NCBI GenBank assembly: GCA_963724295.1
Contig: CAVRUC010000012.1
Span: 18,894-82,893, forward strand
Length of the DNA: 64,000 nucleotides
Direction of reading: 5' to 3'
Source of the DNA: an uncultured Chloroflexia bacterium
Lineage (GTDB): Bacteria; Chloroflexota; Chloroflexia; Thermomicrobiales; UBA6265
Below, piece after piece: positions 58,514 to 64,000 of the stretch; within the stretch, counting starts at the first letter, position 1, and every line of letters begins with the position of its first letter. The notes under the pieces were generated by a model, which made no database searches, was not told the DNA's origin, and saw only the letters and a list, made by a program, of their open reading frames with translations. Position numbers and translations under genes: made by a program.

Positions 58514-59905
58514 TCACCCTATGACCGCATCACCCACCGCGACCGGCTTCTGGACGACTTCGGCCAGCGTATCGAGCAGTTGCGGGTAGTTACGTTCGGC
58601 GGCGTAGTACTCGATGGCGCGCTCGCGGCCGCGGGCTCCCATCGCCGGCAGTTGCGCCCGGTTATCGATCGCCCAGCTCACGCGCTCTGCCAGCGGCGCC
58701 GCGCTACCGGCCTCGATCAGGAAGCCGCCGACACCATCCTCGACCATCTCCGGGATGGCGCCGACCCGCGTCGAGATCACCGGCACCCCCGCGCTCATCG
58801 CCTCGATCACCGCGTACGGCGAATAGTCGAACCGGGTGGGGAAGACGAAGAGATCGAATCCCGGCAGGACCGAGGTCATCAACTCGACCCACGGGACCTC
58901 CGTTCGAATCTCGACGTTGCGCAGCCCGCTCAATCCCTTGGGCGGATCGTGGGTCACCAGGGTCAGGTGAGCCAGATCGGCGAAGTGCTCCTGATGCACC
59001 TTCAGGAGCAGGTCGCCCCCCTTACGCAGGAAGCCGTTGCCAATGAACCCGAGCTTTAGCAGTTCGTCCTGGTGGCTCGCGCTTGCGCCTGCAAGATGGC
59101 CGTTCGACCCGCTCGCGTCAGGAAGATGACCGTTTGACCCGTTTCCAAGCGCATGGGCACCGTGACCGTTCGCGCCGTGCCCATTTGGGCTATGGCTCAG
59201 GGAGTGGAGGTCTCGCCCATTGGGGGACCGCCCATTCGTGTGACCGTTTGCACCGTCATGCCCGTTCGGTGAGTGGCCATTCGGCGGGCGCAGCCCTGTC
59301 AGCGGCGGCGGCAGGGTCACCCCGTTGCGCACCACCTTGACCTTCGAGGCGGGGATGCCGTAGTCGTCGATCACCGACGCCGCCGCCCAGTCTGAGAAGG
59401 AGATGACCAAATCGCTCCGCTCGAAGATCCGCCGCTCCAGCTCCAGGGTTGGCTTCAGGAGCGGCGACACGTGATAGCGCGACTCCTGGAAGGCAAGCTT
59501 CCAGGTCAGATCGATGGAGACGACCGTCGGAACGTGCTTCGGTAGGTCGAGCACGCTGGTCGCCGCCGTCTGCGTGTGGATGTAGACCAGATCGAGGTTC
59601 TCCGGGTCGTAGCGACGCAGCAGATAGCGAACCTGCTGCCGCTTGAACTGGAAGATCCACCAGGTCCAGAAATCGAGCCCGGCATTGCGGAAGGGGAGGA
59701 GATGAAAGCGTCCCAGCCATTCCGCCAGGTCGTCCATCCAGTAGAGCCGGATCAGTGTGGCGTCGAAACGCGGGTCGCGATCGAGATGCTCCTCCAGAAA
59801 GCGGAGATGCGTCTTGTGCCCCATGCCGTATTCGACAAAGAAGAGGGAGCGGGCGGCGCCTGCGGCCGTTGCGGCCGACGCCAATTCCTTGACCTCCGAT
59901 CGCAC
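58514..59905 (-). CDS. GT4 glycosyltransferase with an NGH-rich insertion
   Basis: RKGG..L, DLFVFPT, EAMSAGVPVI, PEMV. Confidence 0.85.
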   Translation of the reverse strand: MRSEVKELASAATAAGAARSLFFVEYGMGHKTHLRFLEEHLDRDPRFDATLIRLYWMDDLAEWLGRFHLLPFRNAGLDFWTWWIFQFKRQQVRYLLRRYDPENLDLVYIHTQTAATSVLDLPKHVPTVVSIDLTWKLAFQESRYHVSPLLKPTLELERRIFERSDLVISFSDWAAASVIDDYGIPASKVKVVRNGVTLPPPLTGLRPPNGHSPNGHDGANGHTNGRSPNGRDLHSLSHSPNGHGANGHGAHALGNGSNGHLPDASGSNGHLAGASASHQDELLKLGFIGNGFLRKGGDLLLKVHQEHFADLAHLTLVTHDPPKGLSGLRNVEIRTEVPWVELMTSVLPGFDLFVFPTRFDYSPYAVIEAMSAGVPVISTRVGAIPEMVEDGVGGFLIEAGSAAPLAERVSWAIDNRAQLPAMGARGRERAIEYYAAERNYPQLLDTLAEVVQKPVAVGDAVIG

Positions 59906-60195
59906 TCGACCCCTCCCTCAAAGGTCGGCTTGCGGTGCGTCGGTTGCCACCGCCAGCGCGGTTCGGCTTCCGGTCACACGCAACGCCCCCGGCTGGTCCG
60001 CGACCGGAAGCCCCTGCTCATATTGGTCATTTCGACAGAGGCGCCTAAGCGCCCTGCGCACTATACCCTGAAACGCCGCAAGTGGCATGATTTGTCGCCA
60101 AATCACGCGGCATCACGCTCAGAGAGACCGCGTCCGGTCCCCGCGCTCCACAAAACACGATCCGCTTATACGCAGGATTTGCACCAGCCGGGGCG

Positions 60196-60325
60196 ATTAC
60201 TCGCTTCGCTCACGGTGACAGGGTGGTTACTCGCTACGCTCGTGGTGGCGGGGTGGCGGGGTGGCGGGGTCATCGTTCTCCCTGCCACCCTGAGACCCCG
60301 CCACCCTGCGACCCCATCACCCCAA
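60196..60325. repeat. Composite STRR-like repeat related to 10126..10250
   Basis: ttactcgct(t/a)cgctc units and (ggtggcgg)n / (ccgccacc)n. Confidence 0.6.
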
Positions 60326-60913
60326 CTCGTCTTCCCTGGCAATCAGATCGGCGTAGACCCAGCCCGTCACCCCGTCGTAGTCGACGGTGACATAGCCGTC
60401 CGCCGCCCCCTCTTGGGTCAGGATGAGGCGCCCTCCCTCGGGAATGACCAGGATCGGCTCGGCATCCACGCCAGGACCGCCGCGCAGCATCAGGGGACTC
60501 AGCGTGACGCGGATTTCACTGGAGGCCGCGGGCGCCGCCGCTGGAGCGGTTGTCGTCGGGACGGTTGTCGTTGGTACGGTTGCCGTCGCGGCCTCCTCCG
60601 GGGTTGCGACCAGACCGAGCGCCACGGCCCATCCCGACACGCCGTCGTAGGTCACGGGAGCGTAACCGTTCGTCACCGCACCGGTTCCGCGGTGTACCGG
60701 CGCCTGCGCCGGAATGAAGCGGAGGACCGGCGCGGTCAGCGAGGGCTCCTGACGCAGGTTGAGCTCGGTGATGGCGTAGAGGGTGCAATTCGTACAGGAC
60801 TGGGTCTGGGCTCTGCCGGCTGCCGGGTTGAGCGCCACCAGAAACAGCATCACGGTGAATGCCGCGAGCGCCCGTAACACCAATGGCCGGCGCTGGATCG
60901 AACGAATCGACAT
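60317..60913 (-). CDS. Secreted protein with two SH3b domains
   Basis: Signal peptide; LNLRQEPS..NGY..V.YDG..GW twice, joined by a Pro/Thr linker. Confidence 0.85.
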   Translation of the reverse strand: MSIRSIQRRPLVLRALAAFTVMLFLVALNPAAGRAQTQSCTNCTLYAITELNLRQEPSLTAPVLRFIPAQAPVHRGTGAVTNGYAPVTYDGVSGWAVALGLVATPEEAATATVPTTTVPTTTAPAAAPAASSEIRVTLSPLMLRGGPGVDAEPILVIPEGGRLILTQEGAADGYVTVDYDGVTGWVYADLIAREDELG

Positions 60914-61132
60914 GGAATACCCCTTCTCTGAAAACCCCAAGGTCTGCGGCGGAATAGTTACATCATCTGGAACGCCTGAACACCCTCTCCCTGTTTCACC
61001 GCCGCGCCAAGGGCACCAGCCCCGTGCTGACAGATCCGAGCGTCGGCGACAAACAGAGACTGAGGGTCGCATTCCGGTCCGCGTTGGCCGTGGCGTTGCG
61101 GGTCTTGCCGCGGTTTGCCGCGGCGCCATGAA

Positions 61133-62394
61133 TTACCGCTCAGCGAAGAGGCGGGTACCGACTCGGGCAACACGTTCCGCGTAATCCGGGTCGGTGGCCC
61201 ACAGCCCGGTCAGGTCCGCGAGACTGCTGGCCCTGCCCGCTCGTCCGGCCGACAGCGCCGCCTCGTAGCGGGGGTCCAGCGGAATGTAGGGCTCCAGGGG
61301 ATGGCCGGGTGGAATCGGCCCCGCCGCATAGAGGAAGAGATGCACCAGGTGAGCGCGTGCCGCATCCACACCGCTCTCCCAGGACGGCGAGGCCACGTCG
61401 GGACCGGTGATGCCGATCCCGGCCGGATTGAGATGATCTGTCCAGGCCGGGGATTGCCACCAGCCGGTCTCATGCGCCGACTGAGCAACGACGATCGCAG
61501 GATCGATCCCCACCAGCGGCGCCAGACGGTAGACCTCCATGACGTAGGCCCGCAGCTCCTCGGGCCGCGCCGCCTCCGCCTGGAGCCCCGACACCAGAGC
61601 CCGCACCACCGCGCCTCGGGGCGCCGCGAGCAGGGGATCCTGCGCGGTCATCGCCACTCCTGGCGCGCGACCGGAGACGGCGGTCAGCTCGAGCGGCCCC
61701 AGTCCGCGGGAGCGCAGCCAGGTATCGATGCCGTCGGTCACCGCCGCGGCAATCGCCTCGCGTCGCTCGCCAGCCGGGTCGGCGAGTCGCGCCGCCTCCT
61801 CCGGATTGGAGAGAAAGACGGGCTCGACCAGCACCGCCGGCATGCGCGCCGTGAGCAGCCCGCCGTTCTCCAGCACCTCCAGTCCCGAGTCTCCCAGGTC
61901 GGTTCCCGGTTGCAGCCGGGATACGAGCGCCGCCTGCATCACGGATGCGAAGGCGGCATCCTTCTCCTCGATCCCCCAGAACGTCTTGGCGTAGTTCGGC
62001 TCCGGTTCGCCGAAGCTGTTGAGGTGGATCGAGACGTAGACGAAGGCGTGGCAGGCGTTGGCAATCACCCCGCGTGGGGTGTTGGCGTAGCCAGTGGCAC
62101 TGTCGCTGCGAGTGAGCGCCGCCGAATAGCCCGCCTCCTCGAGCAGCGCTTCGGTGCGACGGGCGATGTCGAGCACCAACTCGCGCTCGACGAGCCCCTC
62201 CGCCTCGTTGATCGCGCCGGGGTCGTCGCCGCCATGACCGGGATCGAGCATGACCCGCGACCCGGGTCCGGGCAGTCCAACCCGGTCCTCGGCAGGAGCG
62301 AGATCAGCGCGCCGAGACCGACGATGCCAACGATGGCGATGACTGCGGCGAGTCCGATACCAACCGACCGCGAACGGTGACGGAGCGGCCGCAT
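61133..62394 (-). CDS. N-acetylmuramoyl-L-alanine amidase (Amidase_3) fused to a glucosaminidase-like domain; N-terminal TM separated by a frameshift near 62265
   Basis: LDPGHGG, E, SIHLN, VLVE; AQSAHETG, NPAGIG, WATDPDY; TM helix in another frame from ATG 62394. Confidence 0.82.
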
Positions 62395-62667
62395 CAAAGG
62401 ACTTCCTGTCCGTGCGTCATCGGAACGGCTGCGGGCTTCCACGCCTGTCATCACATAATCTGTTCAGGAATCGGCCAATTATCCGGTTGAGACTAGTGTT
62501 CCACTCTCGTCGCTAACAACCAGCCTCTGAGTGCCGCGACCGCGCCAAGTGTCATGCTGAAGTGAACGTAGTGAATGCAAGGCAGATCTCGGCCGCAGGC
62601 CGCGTTCCTGCGCAATAGCCGAGATTCCGCAAGTTCGCCTGCAGCCAGCGTGCCACCGAACTCGGAT

Positions 62668-63926
62668 TCACCACTCCCAGGCCAGGAAGCCTGGTATGCG
62701 GTGGAACAGCATGGTTTGCACGATGAACGGCGGCACGCCCGGAGCGGGCACGAGCTCGATCAGCACCCCCGGTTCTTCGGATACCGCGTGTACCGTCTGC
62801 CGCGGAAAGAGCTCGAGCCAGGGGCGATTCGCCAGGTCGCCGCTCATGAGTGGCGGTGTCCTTCCGTCGCCAGCCGCTCCGCGATCACCGTCGCCGCCGT
62901 CTCGGCCGCGTCAGCGCTGATCGTGCTCAGGGCGACCACGAGCCGGGCTAATGGCGGCGCTATCGCCGCTGGCGTTGCCGTGCCAGAGTCACCAGGGAGG
63001 AGACCCGCCGTGCAGCCCAGCAGCGCCGCCGCTACCGGTGGCGAGCGTCGTGCCTCGACCTGCTCCTCCGCGACGCGCGTCGCGAAGTCCTGCGGTGACT
63101 CATCCCCCAGGAATGCACCTGCCGGGTCAGGGACCGCCCGGAGCAGCTCGCCATCCACGAGGAGCGCCGAGACCAGGTCTGGCGGCGCCGCCCGCAGCAG
63201 CGGCGCGACCTCGGCCCGATCGGCGAAGGAAGGCTCCATACCGGCCGCCGCGGCCAGCGCACTGCGCACACCGTCGCGGGTACTGCCGAAGATCAGCGTG
63301 CCGTCATCGGCGATGGCCACGACGTTGAGATAGCCAAGCGCCATCCGGCTCCCCGGGTCGCTGAAGTCGATCGCGAAGTCCTCGCGGACGGCGTACGCCT
63401 CCCCGGCGCCGAGATCGATCGGCTGATAACCACCGCGTGCCCAGGCGGCGCGTAGCTCCGCCGGATCGAATGTTCCCCGCAGCACGGTCAGGCCGAATGG
63501 TGGCGCGCCATACTCCACTGCCTGCTCGATCTGGTAGAGGTCGAACCCAAATGTCTCTCGCCACTCCGGTTGAGCCCAGTGCTGACTTGTCGCCTGGGGC
63601 AGAGTCAAGGGCACGATGGCCGCGATCCACCGCTGCCGACCCGCCTCGTCACCGGCTCCTCGCGGCGCATCGACTCCCAATGCGGCGGTCTGCCTGGCGA
63701 CGTCGGCGTAGGTCACCATCGCCCCATCCAGGCCGAGCGGACGGTCGGGCAACCGCCCGAGCATCGCCGCCAGGGGGCTGTATTCGCTCTCGATGGGAAC
63801 GGGGCTGGGTGTCGCCTCGGCTCGAGCGGCGAGTGGCGTCAATTCCCCACACAGCCCCGCGCCGAGCAGCAAGAAGAAGGTGAGGACAATACCACCTGCT
63901 CGCCGTGTGACCGGTGTCGACCTCAT
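62668..63926 (-). CDS. Secreted hypothetical protein with a frameshift near 62865
   Basis: SD aggaggt, signal peptide; coding-like sequence continues in a new frame as RTPPLMSGDLANRPWLELFP...GFLAWEW*. Confidence 0.65.
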
Positions 63927-64000
63927 GTCAGACCTCCTTGGTGAATCACGAATGCCGCCAGTTTCCGGGCAGTATCACTGGACTTGAGTTTGGACAAACT

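Noticed and set aside
60914..61130. c-di-AMP (ydaO) riboswitch before the SH3b gene
   Set aside because: The consensus elements were not found
1..64000. rRNA, tRNA, prophage or intact transposase genes
   Set aside because: No recognisable signatures found by eye

Overview
High-GC bacterial chromosomal window, probably from a Thermomicrobia/Chloroflexota-like soil bacterium (inferred from gene families and short tandem repeats). Housekeeping and metabolic genes include nrdA/nrdB, metE, a PLP aminotransferase, an ABC exporter, hydrolases, oxidoreductases, a GT4 and cell-wall enzymes. Three accessory blocks stand out. (1) 11.8-15.1 kb: a stressosome operon (RsbR/S/T/T/X-like) headed by an RsbU_N-histidine kinase fusion. 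(2) 19.4-38 kb: LuxR-HTH regulators (one full ATPase-TPR-LuxR, one ATPase-less, one 3' remnant) interleaved with secreted or envelope genes. Six promoters here carry the same CCCGTAC-N3-GTACGGG palindrome 21-22 bp before a -10-like hexamer. Three Tat-leader Cys-rich proteins lie in this block, two of them directly downstream of a box, including a 26-aa, 6-Cys, highly cationic peptide. (3) 44.9-47.4 kb: a low-GC three-gene cassette (TIGR04255-like, HTH-Xre/MbcA-like, WxQG/SHxCD protein) that looks like an undescribed toxin-antitoxin or defence module. At least five or six genes are split by single frameshifts, most likely sequencing/assembly indels. There are also REP/STRR-like repeats, an IS481-like end remnant and two pairs of direct repeats. 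No rRNA, tRNA or CRISPR array was seen. All family calls come from motif recognition by eye, not from database searches.
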